Notes: generated by a model not told the origin, from the sequence alone. A DNA stretch of 64,000 nt from Octopus sinensis (GCF_006345805.1 NC_043015.1:29822001-29886000), one strand, 5' to 3'. Shown: positions 12,351 to 25,756, counted from the first letter of the stretch. Translations and numbers: made by a program.

Positions 12351-14152
12351 CTCGTCATACGGCCTTAACAGCTTGAGGTCGGGTTAGCCAGAGAACTGGA
12401 AGAAGGGCAAACCACTGGACAAACAGGATGTGACAAGCGAAGCCAGAGAAAGAAGGAAGGACGAGAGAACGAAAATGCAAAATAGATGATAACATCTGGA
12501 GAAATGCCACCATTGATATCATCATAATAATTGGTGTGGTTACTATTAATAATAATAATAATATTGGATCTTTTTTAAGTAACATCGCATCTAATGTTGG
12601 AATCATTGGTGGTAGAAGATCTCGGAAGCAAATTTACCATTCCTGACAGTCTCCCAGACTCCCATCCTGACCATCACCACTCACTCACTCTCTCTTTCTC
12701 CCATCTCGCGTCTGTCATTCTATTTCCTTAACAGACCCCGTAAATTAAGAGAGTAGAGAGTAAGGATTACAAATGAGCCAAACAAGTGTTGGATTGCTGC
12801 TGCATTACTGTAAAGATGTTTCCTAGTTCCACTGATTTACCATTGCAAGAATCGTCCGTGACGCCGTTGGTGGTGGTAGCGACGGCGGCGGCTGCGGAGA
12901 AAGAGTCGGTGGTGTTGTTGATGGTATTGTACAAGACATGAAAGGTAGACGAAGACGGAGAAGGGGATCATGACATTGATGACGACCAAGTTGATGATGA
13001 TGATGGTTGAAGGAACTACTGCCAGATACCAAGTGTGCGAAGAGTTTATTTGACGACGACCAGTGGTAGTAAGTAGAGAAGTCAGTCGGTCGACATTAAC
13101 CGTTACCTGATGGATGTGGTAACCGCTGACTTATTAATAATGTTAATATTAATATAACAGAAAAGCCATGTCAGGTGTAAACATGGTCTTCTTACAACAG
13201 TTGTGTCATTGGACTTAAAACATACACACATTACACATACACGCACACACACCATACACTGATAGTCAAATACTGACACATAGACACACACAAATCATCT
13301 TCACCAGATTTATGTGTAGTGGTGGAATATATTACGGTCAGACCATTTAAACTTTTTGTTCTTAGACTTGTTTATTGTTGGTGTTTTGTTGAAGCTGCTG
13401 CTGCTGCTACTGTATTATTGTTGCTGTTGTAGTTGTTTACAATGTGAAGTAGGTGGCTGTAAATTAATTCACTTAAATAGCCTTTTCTGTCCTGAAGACG
13501 TTGCTTGTTTTTTTAAAAGAAAGACCTTCACGTACTTCAGAGACATAAATACATTTTAAGAAAAAAAAAAGAAAAGAAAAAAGATCAGCACATACAAATA
13601 AATAAACAATCATCCACCCCTGCCAAGTCAGCTTGCAAAAGGATTTACACAACACGCAACATCACACCACAAGAATCAAAGAGAAAGTAATCGGATGAAT
13701 AGCTGCTTTTTTTCTTTCTTTTTTTCCCCCTCTACAAAAAAAAAAAACAAAAAAACAACAACAACAAAAAACCAACAAACAAAACACAAAAACAAATACA
13801 GCAGCAGCTTCTTATCTATCTATCTCTCTCTTATTTATCCTATCGACACGGATGATGATAATAATAAGAATGATACTGATAATGATACGTTAAAGAAAAA
13901 ATTGTAAAGCTTTTGGTTATTTTCTTTTTTTTTTTTAAAGAAAAAAAAACCCCTACAAAGTGATATTTCAATATCACTGATATTTAATCTAATCGAGATA
14001 TTTAAAAAAAAAAATTTATTTTTTCTCAATGTTTTAAAAAGAAAAGAAAGACTTTTTCCCCCTTCTCTCTCGTTCTAAAAGATTGTTGGTTTTATTGAAG
14101 TTTACTACACACCACTGTCCTCTGCTACTATTTGACTTTTGACTATATATAT

Positions 14153-14187
<35 letters not shown>

Positions 14188-14529
14188 CCTATATATATAT
14201 ATCTATATATATGAACTAATTTGTCTGTTCTTGGACAAAGACAAAAAGAAAAAGGAAAAGGTGTGTGTAGTGGTGGATTTCAGGCAAGTAGTGAACGTGT
14301 GATTGTAAATTAATACCTGTGGGGTAAATAACAGTGAATTTGTTAAAAAAATTTGTTTTGTTTATTTTTGTGTGGTGTCAAAGAAGAAGAAGAGAGAAGA
14401 ATAGAGAAGCAGAGAAACAGAGAGGAGAAGAGAAGAGAGGAAGAAAGTCTCTGGCAGCAGAAAAACGGATAAACGGCAACTAACGGCATGGCGAGACTCA
14501 GCGAGACTTGGCGTGACTCCACCGGAGTC

Positions 14530-14541
14530 AAGATGGCGGCC
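14530..14541 (+). promoter_or_regulatory. YY1-like motif (AAGATGGCGGC) overlapping the start codon
   Basis: The sequence aagatggcggcc matches the YY1 consensus often found over the ATG of housekeeping genes; local CpG content is raised. Binding is not shown. Confidence 0.45.
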
Positions 14542-14744
14542 AGCTGTTGCGGGGTGAAGAAACAAAAGCTGAATAACTCTATGCCGGCTATTTGCTGCAA
14601 CGGATCGGCCGTTCATCCGAATCATTACAAAAATGGATACACAGTAGCCAGTGCAGATATGTGCTATTTTTGTTTTGATGTGCTGCACAGCCATTTATAC
14701 AATTATGATCCGCCCAAAAGCCCGTCTTTCACCAACGACCCTTA
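14533..14744 (+). CDS. AMMECR1: AMMECR1-family protein, first coding exon (gene continues past a phase-2 intron)
   Basis: Translates to MAASCCGVKKQKLNN...MCYFCFDVLHSHLYNYDPPKSPSFTNDP, matching the recalled AMMECR1 N-terminus (MAAGCCGVKKQKL) and domain start (MCCFCFDVLYCHL...PRFTNEPY). Strong Kozak AAGATGG. The exon ends CCT TA|GTAAGT, a consensus donor at 14745, so the TAG in the ORF track is a split Tyr codon plus intron. An in-frame upstream ATG lies at 14488. Confidence 0.93.
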
Positions 14745-15524
14745 GTAAGTATGAAAACCCCTTCGAGACATAATTTTTTTTTTTTTTTTTTTAAGGGAGA
14801 GGTGGGCACTCGGAAGGAATTAAGGAATTTCTTTCTTTCTCCCCCTATTTTTTTCAGATTTAAAAAAAAAATTCTTTCTCTTTTTAATATTTATATTTAT
14901 ATGCCTCTATATATGTAATCTTACTTTCGAAACAGAAAAAATCCCCCCAAAAATAAACAAGGTTTTTTTTTTTAAAAAAATTCCTTTTTACCAAACATAT
15001 TTTAATATCCAATAATTTCTCGCTCAAACTTGAGTTATCGTATTTATTTTTATTTAATATTGTTGCTATTAAGCTTTATTCTTTGTTGGAAAGTCGACTT
15101 CGACTTTCGTCCCTTCGGGGCGAGGGGGGCAATAAAAATAAGTAATGTTCAAAGTGCTGGAGGTGGTTTATTTATCTGTTATTATTATACTCCATCTCCT
15201 CAAAATATTGCTTCAAAATATGCTTCTAATTGCATCAAAAAACCCTATTAGTTATTATTACTACCAGTTCGAATCTCACTGAAAGTCGATTCACCCCCTG
15301 TTTTTATTTATCATTCCCCCTTGCTGTCTATACGAAAAATTATATTTGAAGTACCATTAAGAATCTAAGGGAGCTATTTAATTGAATCTATATGGCCTTG
15401 TGCCCAAATTTCGACATCATTATTATTATTATTATTATAACCGCTTCTAAATGGGAGCATTTGCACAAAACTTTAAGCTTTGCTCCTTTCAACTTCTGAA
15501 GTTGAAATTACTTGCTGTGCTGCA

Positions 15525-15685
15525 GGAATTCCGCCGAGGTCGACTTTGCCTTTCATCCTTTCGGGGTCGATAAATTAAGTACCAGTTACGAACTGGGGGG
15601 GTCGATGTAATCGACTTAATACCTATGTCTGTCCTTGTTTGTTCCCTCTGTATTTTTTAGCCCCTTGTGGGTAATAAAGAAATAG
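15525..15685 (+). mobile_element. Family A SINE, 5'-truncated
   Basis: aattccgccgaggtcgactttgcctttcatcc...gtaataaagaaatagg. Older relatives lie at about 1215-1370 (-) and 59850-60750 (+). Confidence 0.8.
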
Positions 15686-16669
15686 GGAATGAATGGACCC
15701 TTTCGCTCCTCATTCCGCACAAGTTTTAATTAAACTAGTAAATACACCACTATCGATTCAATTAATTAATTATTTACAACCTCTTTCTCTCTCTCTCTCT
15801 TCTATATCCGGTCATCCAGCTGTGGAGAGAAAAATTAATCTTGAGACTTAAATGAAAAAAAACTTTAAAAATCAATTAAAAATAATAATAATAATAATAG
15901 GAAAATGCCCACATTATTGTGATTGCTGTTTCGGATCATGTTTAAAGAAAAAGTTAGCCAAGTTTAATATAAATCTATACATATACCTATATATGTACAT
16001 ATATACATATATATGTACATATAATTGTATATATATATATATATGTGTGTGTGTGTATATGTATATATATGTGTGTATGTATGTATATTTGTATATATAT
16101 ACATACATACACACACACATATATATACATATACACACACACACACACACATGTGTGTGTATATGTATATATATATGTGTGTGTGTATGTATGTATATAT
16201 ATACAAATATACATATACATACATATATGTACATATATATATATATGTGTGTGTATATGTATCTGTAAATAATATTTAAAGATCCTATACGCTTTCTTCA
16301 ACAGTATGTGAGTGTATATAATAACACAGTATGGTTCTTTGTCCAACAAGTCAAAAACAAGTTGTTTATTGTTTCTTACGTCCCTTTGTATTCATTGTAA
16401 GTTCAAATACCGCCCGGAACGACCACGACCACTTCTCTCGCTTTTTTCCCCATTATTTTGTTAAAGGTCGATAAAATAAAAAAGGTGGCCCTTCTGTGAA
16501 ATAGCAGGGAGAGGGGGCCGGAGCGCAACATGGTTGGGGGTCGGTTCAGTTGGCTTCCATTATTTTTTTTTTTTTTCCTGAAATTTGTGGGTTGGGGCTT
16601 CTATTAGAAATAGCATTACTATTTCTCTGATGTGTATTATCTATATATATATATCTTATGTGTGTGGAT

Positions 16670-17013
16670 ATAGGGCAAGTGTGTATATATATATATATCT
16701 TAGACGAATATATATATATATATATCCTAGGCGAGTGTGTGTGTGTATATATATATATCCTAGACGAGTGTGTGTATATATATATATATATAAAATATTA
16801 TTTGAGACAAAAACCACTATTTGCAAAACAAACAAGGAAAGACTTAATCAATACATAAAATTTATAAATTTATGTATTGATTAAGTCTTTCCTTGTTTGT
16901 TTTGCAAAATAGTGGTTGTCTCAAATAATATTTTATAATATTTTACTATAAATTGGATTTAATCCTAAATCTGATTTTTTTTCCCTGTAAATTTGGATAT
17001 ATTCCCTAATATT

Positions 17014-17085
<72 letters not shown>

Positions 17086-17100
17086 TAGGCGAGTGTGTGT

Positions 17101-17133
<33 letters not shown>

Positions 17134-17580
17134 TAGGCGAGTGTGTGTGTGTGTATATATTATATATATATATCCTAGGCGAGTGTGTGGTGTTTATATT
17201 CCTAGGCGAGTGTGTATATATATATATATATATAATCCTAGGCGAGTGTGTGTGTGTATATATATATATCCTAGGCGAGTGTATATATATATATCTTAGA
17301 CGAGTGTGTGTATATGTATATATATATATCTTAGACGAGTGTGTATATATATATAATATATATTATATCCAAAGCTAGTGTATATATATGACCTAGGCGA
17401 GTGTGTGTATGTGTATATATATATATATATATATATCTTAGGCGAGTGTCTTTATACATATTTTAGGCACGTATATATATATAATGGCGAATGTGTGTGT
17501 ATATATACATATTTTGGACGAGTGTGTGTGTATATATATATATCTTTAGTATGTGTATATATATATCTTGGGTGAGTTTG
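16670..17580. repeat. Compound minisatellite: core tc(c/t)tag(g/a)cgagtgt separated by variable (TG)n(TA)n
   Basis: More than a dozen core copies, decaying toward the right end. Confidence 0.85.
16789..17018 (+). mobile_element. AT-rich long-hairpin element (about 150-bp inverted repeat plus tail) inside a TA-rich minisatellite
   Basis: tataaaatattatttgagacaa...cttaatcaatacataaa / tttatgtattgattaag...ttgtctcaaataatattttata. Same palindrome + tail + (TA)n architecture as the hammerhead family but different sequence. Confidence 0.65.
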
Positions 17581-18159
17581 TATTTATCTTTTTTGTGCTA
17601 GTGTTTGTTTGTGTGTGTATTGTGTGTCTACACACACACATAAATACATAAATAGGGGAAAAAACTAGGCTAATTTTTCTGGAAGTCAAATAAATAAGCC
17701 TTCCATTAAATACCCCGATCTCTTTTTTTTTTTCTTTTCTTTTAACGCAACGAAACCTTGGGTTCCATTAGTCCTAGATACATACATTCAATATACATAC
17801 ATATATGCAAGCCAAGAAAAGTAACTAAAGTGGGCCGATGGCATCGTGAATTCAGATAATTAAGTTAAAGGATGTTGTCGAAGGAAATGCTTTTCGCGAG
17901 AGATTCTTGATTAATTGGAGAAAAATAAAGCTTATATTGCCCTGAATAAAATACGAGGTGGCCCTGGCTGGAATGCCTTCGATTATAGATCATTGTATTG
18001 TATATATGCAAGTGTGTCTATAGATATAAGTATATTTATATTTTTATTTCTGTGTCTATATAGGTGTGTATGTGTCTGTGGGTATATATTTATATATATT
18101 GTATATATGGCGGTGCTCCAGCATGGCCACAGCTCATAAGCTGAAACTAGAATCAATCA

Positions 18160-18199
<40 letters not shown>

Positions 18200-18315
18200 T
18201 GTATATATGCAAGTGTGTCTATAGATATAAGTATATTTATATTTTTATTTGTGTGTATGTGTCTGTGGGTATATATATATATATATGCATGCATGTCTGT
18301 ACATATGTCTTTGTG

Positions 18316-18355
<40 letters not shown>

Positions 18356-19139
18356 CGTGTGTGTGTATGTGATAATTGAGTGTATGTATGTATGTGTGTA
18401 TGTATGTGATCATCGAGATTTCTATCGGTTAAACACCCAGCTATCCAGCTATCTACCTACCTATCTACAATTTCCTATCATTCTCTCTGTCTGTTCCAAC
18501 GTCTGAAGATTTTAATTTATTTTCGCTTTATTCAGAGTTAATTTAAATAATTATCGATGTTTGATGCTGTTTCTATCTGCTTTTATTATTTTTTCCCAAC
18601 TTTTTCCTATCTTTTTTCCATTGTCCCACTTCTGATAGAACGTCTGTTGGACTGTGTTCTATAAATATTTATACCTTGCTCTTCTAGTGAGTGTGTGTGT
18701 ATTAAGATTCTGTTGCAATCCTACATGTATGTATATTACGCTATAAGCTCCCCTTCTTGTGGTTGTCGGGTACACGCGCGCACACACACACACAAAGTGG
18801 ACAGAGAAAGCAGCTTCTCAGTTAAAATTCCAAATCGGGGTATTTATACGGGTGTGTGTGTGTGTGTTTTAAGTTGTATATGTATGTCTGTTTATACCCG
18901 AATATGAATGTTTGCGGTCATGTGTAAACACACATATGTGTATGATTGTATTTATGTATATATTTGTAGGTCTATGTATATTTTTACGTGTATATATAGT
19001 TGTATTTGTGTGTGTATTTATACATTCATGTATGTATGTGTATATATAATCATCTTTTAACGTCGTCCTTCCACGCTGGCACGGTTTGGAGAGTTTGACA
19101 GGGACTGGCCAAGCAGGAGCCTGCATTATATATTGATAT

Positions 19140-19155
19140 ATGTATATCTACGTGG

Positions 19156-19195
<40 letters not shown>

Positions 19196-20078
19196 AAATA
19201 TATTCATGTATATATGTTTATATATTAGATATATATTGATGTATATATGGATGTCTATATGTATATATATTTTTTTTTTGTGTATATGTACATATATGTT
19301 GATGTATATGTGTATATATGCAACTGTATGTATATGTATACATGTGTGTGTGTATATACATGTGTGTGTGTGTATATACATGTGTGTGTGTGTGTATACA
19401 TGTGTGTGTGTGTGTATACATGTGTGTGTGTGTGTATACATGTGTGTGTGTGTGTATACATGTGTGTGTGTGTATACATGTGTGTGTGTATACATGTGTG
19501 TGTGTGTGTATACATGTGTGTGTGTGTATACATGTGTGTGTATATACATGTGTGTGTGTATATACATGTGTGTGTGTATATACGTGTGTGTGTATATACG
19601 TGTGTGTGTATATACGTCTGTGTGTGTGTATATATACGTGTGTGTGTGTGTATATATACGTGTGTGTGTGTATATATACGTGTGTGTGTGTCTATATGCG
19701 TGTGTGTGTGTATATACGTTTGTGTGTATATACGTGTGTGTATGTATATATACGTGTGTGTGTGTATATATACGTGTGTGTGTGTGTATATACGTGTGTG
19801 TGTGTGTATATACGTGTGTGTGTGTGTATATACGTGTGTGTGTGTGTATATACGTGTGTGTGTGTGTATATACGTGTGTGTGTATATACGTGTGTATATA
19901 TGTATATATACGTGTGTATATATGTATATATGCGTGTGTGTATATATGCATGTGTATATACACACGTATATACACACACACACACGTATATATACACACA
20001 CATGTATATATACATGTGTATATATGCGTGTGTCTGTGTGTGTATATATGTGTATGTATATATATGTGAATGTATATA

Positions 20079-20111
<33 letters not shown>

Positions 20112-20284
20112 GTGAATGTATATATGTGTATGTGTATGTATATATATGTGAATGTATATATGTGTATGTGTATATATGTGTATGTATATATATGTGTATG
20201 TATATATATGTGTATGTATATATATGTGTATGTATATATATGTGTATGTATATATATGTGTATGTATATATATGTGAATGTATA

Positions 20285-20317
<33 letters not shown>

Positions 20318-20950
20318 GTGTATGTATATATATGTGTATGTATATATGTGAATGTATATATGTGTATGTATATATGTGTATGTATATATGTGTATGTATA
20401 ATATGTGAATGTATATATATATATGTATGTGTATATATGTGTGTGTATATATATATATATATATATGTATGTGTATATATATGTATGTTTGTATGTATAT
20501 ATGTGTATATATGTTTGTATGTATATGTGTATATATATATGTATATATATATGTGTATATATATGTGTGTGTGTATATATATATATGTCTATGTATATTT
20601 GTATTTATATGTATGTGTATATATATGTGTATTTTTGTACATATGTATATGTGTATATATGTGCGTGTATATGTGTATATATATATATATGTATATGTGT
20701 ATATATATGCGTGTATATGTGTATATATATATATATGTATATGTGTATATATATGCGTGTATATGTATATATATGTGTCTGTATATGCGTATATATATGT
20801 ATATATATGCGTGTGTGTATATATGTGTGTATATGCGTGTGTATATATGTGTGTATATGCGTGTGTATATATATATATGTGTGTATATGCGTGTGTATAT
20901 ATATATATGTGTGTATATGCGTGTATACATGTTATATATATATATATATC
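19140..20950. repeat. Long compound (TG)/(TA) microsatellite field
   Basis: tatacatgtgtg / tatacgtgtgtg / tatatgtg units; source of many spurious ORFs. Confidence 0.95.
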
Positions 20951-22435
20951 AGAGCGGAGGCTAAGAACTACAGACCTATCTCCTTGACCTCACACATCAG
21001 CAAGGTCATGGAACGAATAGTCAGAAGGAAACTAATCGCCTTCCTTGAAGAAAATGTCTTGCTGCCCGACACCCAACATGGTTTCCAACCAGGAAGAGGC
21101 TGCCTAACTCAGCTCTTACAACACTATGACTGGGTGCTGAAACGACTGCTCAACCACTCAACTGTGGAAGTGATATATCTCGACTTTGTAAAGGCCTTTG
21201 ATAAAGCCGATCATGGAATGATATGTCACAAATTGCGTGATCTTGGCATAGTTGGAAAATTGGGAGAATGGCTTCATGACTTTCTGAAGGATAGAAGTCA
21301 GGTGGTAGTAGCCAATGGGGCCACCTCCAATGACATGCAAATAGTGAGCGGTGTTCTGCAAGGCACTGTTTTGGGATCACTGCTGTTCATAATGGCCCTC
21401 TCAGACATGCTCTCAGCCACTCAGAGAGCCACGATCACAAGTTATGCAGATGATACAAAAGTTTCACAGGTGAACCCTGAAGACACTATGCACCTGCAAT
21501 GTGAGCTGGACAAAATATACAAGTGGGCTGAAAAGAATAGCATGCAGTTCAATGCTAAAAAGTTTCAAGCTTTGTGCTATCAGCATGCAAAACTAAATGC
21601 AATACCCAATAAATACACTGAACCTGGAGGGATTGCAATCCCAGAGGCACAATCAGTGCGAGACCTAGGTATTTACATGAGTAATAATGCAACCTTTTAT
21701 GGGCATGTTGCTAAATTGGCAATGAAATGTAGGCGGCTGACCGGATGGATTCTTAGAGCTTTTAGAACAAGAGACCAGGAAACCATGATGGTCCTCTGGG
21801 GACACTTGTCCTAAGCCACTTTGACTATTGCTCTCAGCTATGGTCACTAACCAGTGTCAAATTAATCTCAAAACTTGAGGCAATCCAACGAAGCTACACG
21901 AAGAAGATAGCCTCTGTGCAGCATATAAGCTATTGGGAAAGACTCAAGAGATTAAGACTCTATTCCTTAGAATGTAGGCGAGAAAGATATGCCATAATAT
22001 ATATCTGGAAGATCCTGGAAGGACTTGTCCCAAACTTTGGCATTGAGAGTTACACAAATACTAGAACTGGGCGCCACTGCATAGTGCCAAGGACTCCAAA
22101 TTTGCCATCAAGATGTAGGACAAGATACTGCAATAGCCTGAGCTTCAGAGGTCCACAGCTCTTCAATATCCTCCCAAAGGACCTGAAAGACCTGCATGGA
22201 GTGAATGCAGATGTCTTCAAAATAAAGCTGGACCTCTTCCTGTCAGGTGTCCCAGATGAACCAACTTCACAGCAGGAGGTGCAGATGAGGGCAGCTGCAT
22301 CAAACTCTCTTATGCACCAAATGGCAATTGCTAAAAAGCATTCGTGAAGTAAAATTATGTAGCGACACCGAATGGCGGTGCCCCAGCATGCCCACAGCTC
22401 GTGAGCTGAAACTAGATGAAATGAAAAAAAAAATG
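20951..22435 (+). mobile_element. 5'-truncated non-LTR retrotransposon (CR1/L2 group): RT domain, C-terminus and 3' tail
   Basis: [47 protein letters not shown] (21443-21454), ERLKRLRLYSLECRRERY. One frameshift near 21800, stop at 22347, short 3' UTR with stem-loop and A-rich end. Inserted in a TA microsatellite. Confidence 0.93.
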
Positions 22436-22488
22436 AAATATGTATATATATATACATAAATATGCATATATATATATATATATATATA

Positions 22489-24108
22489 CATCATCATCGT
22501 TTAACGTGCGTTTTCCATGCTAGCATGGGTTGGAAGGTTCGATCAAGTAGAATATTTGGGCTGGATATGTCCGGTTTAAATTCTAAAAGGTTAACTGGCA
22601 TCTATTTCTCTGTGAAATTGTAACCTAACCACATCCTGTCCTCTCAAAGGAAAGTGTCACAATAAAGCATTGGTATACTGAGCACAAGTGTTTTCACCTG
22701 ATGATACGGAAAGGAACTTTATCAGTCGCACTGCCAGTCTGTTTAAAAGTCGATACGTGCCACACCTACTCTACTTCCGGCTTCATGGATTGAGGCAAAC
22801 CAAGTTATTGGCTAAATAAACAAATTTAAAGATAGAATATCATGATACAAAGCTTTATGTATTAACTGTGATGTATAAATTGATAGAAAGACAATATATA
22901 CACACACACACAAATGGCTGCACTGTAATATTGTCTGAATCATGAGAAATCAACTGTTCATCAGGAAAAATATGTTTATCTGAATATGTGTGTGCGTTTT
23001 GTCCACCGTTTACATATATTTGTGTGTGTGTGTGTGTGTATGTATTTGAACTCTGCACTACTGGAACGAATACTGTGCAGTATTCTATCCAGCTCTCTGC
23101 CAGTTTTGCCAATTTATTTTAATATGTATTCACTTACTCTCTCTCTCTCTCTCTCTCTCCCACCTTTATCTATTCTATTCATATGCTCACCATATAAAGC
23201 TTCTGCTGCTATGTACTACACACACACACACACACGCAGTCTCATATATATATACATATATATATATATATAATATATTATATATATATATTATATATAT
23301 ATATATATACATCATCATCGTTTAACGTGCGTTTTCCATGCTAGCATGGGTTGGAAGGTTCGATCAAGTAGAATATTTGGGCTGGATATGTCCGGTTTAA
23401 ATTCTAAAAGGTTAACTGGCATCTATTTCTCTGTGAAATTGTAACCTAACCACATCCTGTCCTCTCAAAGGAAAGTGTCACAATAAAGCATTGGTATACT
23501 GAGCACAAGTGTTTTCACCTGATGATACGGAAAGGAACTTTAATCAGTCGCACTGCCAGTCTGTTTAAAAGTCGATACGTGCCACACCTACTCTACTTCC
23601 GGCTTCATGGATTGAGGCAAACCAAGTTATTGGCTAAATAAACAAATTTAAAGATAGAATATCATGATACAAAGCTTTATGTATAAACTGTGATGTATAA
23701 ATTGATAGAAAGACAATATATACACACACACACAAATGGCTGCACTGTAATATTGTCTGAATCATGAGAAATCAACTGTTCATCAGGAAAAATACGTTTA
23801 TCTGAATATGTGTGTGCGTTTTGTCCACCGTTTACATATATTTGTGTGTGTGTGTGTGTGTGTATGTATTTGAACTCTGCACTACTGGAACGAATACTGT
23901 GCAGTATTCTATCCAGCTCTCTGCCAGTTTTGCCAATTTATTTTAATATGTATTCACTTACTCTCTCTCTCTCTCTCTCTCTCCCACCTTTATCTATTCT
24001 ATTCATATGCTCACCATATAAAGCTTCTGCTGCTATGTACTACACACACACACACACACGCAGTCTCATATATATATACATATATATATATATATAATAT
24101 ATTATATA

Positions 24109-24143
<35 letters not shown>
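22489..24143. repeat. Near-identical tandem duplication of about 820 bp
   Basis: Units start at about 22489 and 23310 (catcatcatcgtttaacgtgcg) and differ only at a few sites and in microsatellite lengths. Confidence 0.92.
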
Positions 24144-24147
<4 letters not shown>

Positions 24148-24834
24148 TACAGATTTCTATCGCTGATATAAACAAAGAGTTCTCTGCTAAATTACTAGGG
24201 TGTATAGTATAGTATAATATATATATGCAAGCAATGGTGAGTGAGAGATTGTGGTGGTGGTGGTGGTGGAAAATGAGGAGGATTAAGCAGATTGTAGCGG
24301 AGATAAATGTATGTGAGGAAGGATCTGGGAGAGGGTAGGTGGGAGGCCTAAAATACAGTGTATTCCCTACAAAGCTGTGAATCATGTCTTTTAAATGGGA
24401 CAAGAAACTCCAAGCAGCTTTGTTGCTAGGTGCACTGGCTCACTTCGTACACAAACTTCAGTCGGCTGTGTGTCATGCGATGGATGCGTTTGCAAAAGCA
24501 AAAGCAGGCTCCACGTTGATGGTTTCTGTGTAGGTATGCCTGGGAGATGTGTTTGGGTAGCTCTTTGTGTTTTGTATGGACTTGTAGCTAATAATATATT
24601 ATGTCTGTATATGTGTTCATGTACTGTGCATTTGTATGTAGTTACATGTATGTATATGATATAGCCATATGTATATGTGTGTGTGTATGTATTTATGTGT
24701 GTGTGTGTATATATGTGTGTGTGTGTATATATATATATATGTGTGTGTATATATGTATGTGTGTCTGTATATAGGTGTGTGTGTGTGTGTATAGGTGTGT
24801 GTGTATATATGTGTGTGTGTGTGTGTGTTATATA

Positions 24835-24867
<33 letters not shown>

Positions 24868-25038
24868 ATGTATATATATATATGTGTGTGTATATATGTA
24901 TGTGTGTCTGTATATAGGTGTGTGTGTGTGTGTGTGTATAGGTGTGTGTGTGTGTGTGTGTATAGGTGTGTGTGTATATATGTGTGTGTGTGTTGTATAT
25001 ATATGTGTGTGTATATATATGTATATGTGTGTGTCCGT

Positions 25039-25073
<35 letters not shown>

Positions 25074-25721
25074 ATATATATATATATACGGACACACACA
25101 TATACAAGAAGTAAAAAGGATTAACAAACCCAGGCAGATGTGTGTGTGTGTATCTCATTTATGATTCGTTTCAGTCATTGGACTGTGGGCATTTTGGGGG
25201 TACCGCTTTGAAGAGTTTAACTAAACAAATCGACCCCAGTATTTTTCCTTTTTTTTTTTCTTTTTTTTTTTTTCTTACATATATATATATTATATATATA
25301 TTAAAATAATAGTTATCGCCATACTAATATGGCATTCTTATAAAAATAAGAAAAAAGCTGTCCGCTTATTAGCTCCATGAGGCCATCGCCTTAAGTTAGC
25401 TATTTGATACACAAACTGTATCCATATAACCTTCGAACAATATATATATTAAATCTGATACTTATTCTATCAGAATCTTTTTGCCAAACTGCTAGGTTAC
25501 AGGGACCTAAACAAACCAGCACTGATTGCCAAGTGGTAGGGGTGGTCACACATACATAAAAAATGTATGGTAGGCTTGTTTCAGTTTCCATCTACCAAAT
25601 CCTCTCAAAAAGGCTTTGGACATCCTGGAGCTACAGAAGAAGATACTTGCTAAAGGTGTGATGCAACTGGAACTGAACCTAGTACTATGTTGTTGGGAAG
25701 CAAACTTCTTATCACACATCC

Positions 25722-25756
<35 letters not shown>

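Noticed and set aside
12355-12606. 83-aa hydrophobic ORF on the minus strand
   Set aside because: The hydrophobicity comes partly from (TTA)n and pyrimidine-rich sequence, and no family is recognisable. More likely a uORF or chance.
14743-14745. Stop codon ending the AMMECR1 ORF (possible pseudogene)
   Set aside because: The TAG overlaps a consensus GTAAGT donor at the position of the conserved Tyr codon.
16670-17580. Repeat-spacer pattern resembling a CRISPR array
   Set aside because: The spacers are just variable TG/TA runs, the context is eukaryotic, and there are no cas genes.
19140-20950. Long ORFs (200-470 aa) rich in Y/I/C/V/H/T
   Set aside because: These are translations of (TA)/(TG) microsatellites. 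Only the part of ORF 20405-21814 after 20951 is real (LINE RT).
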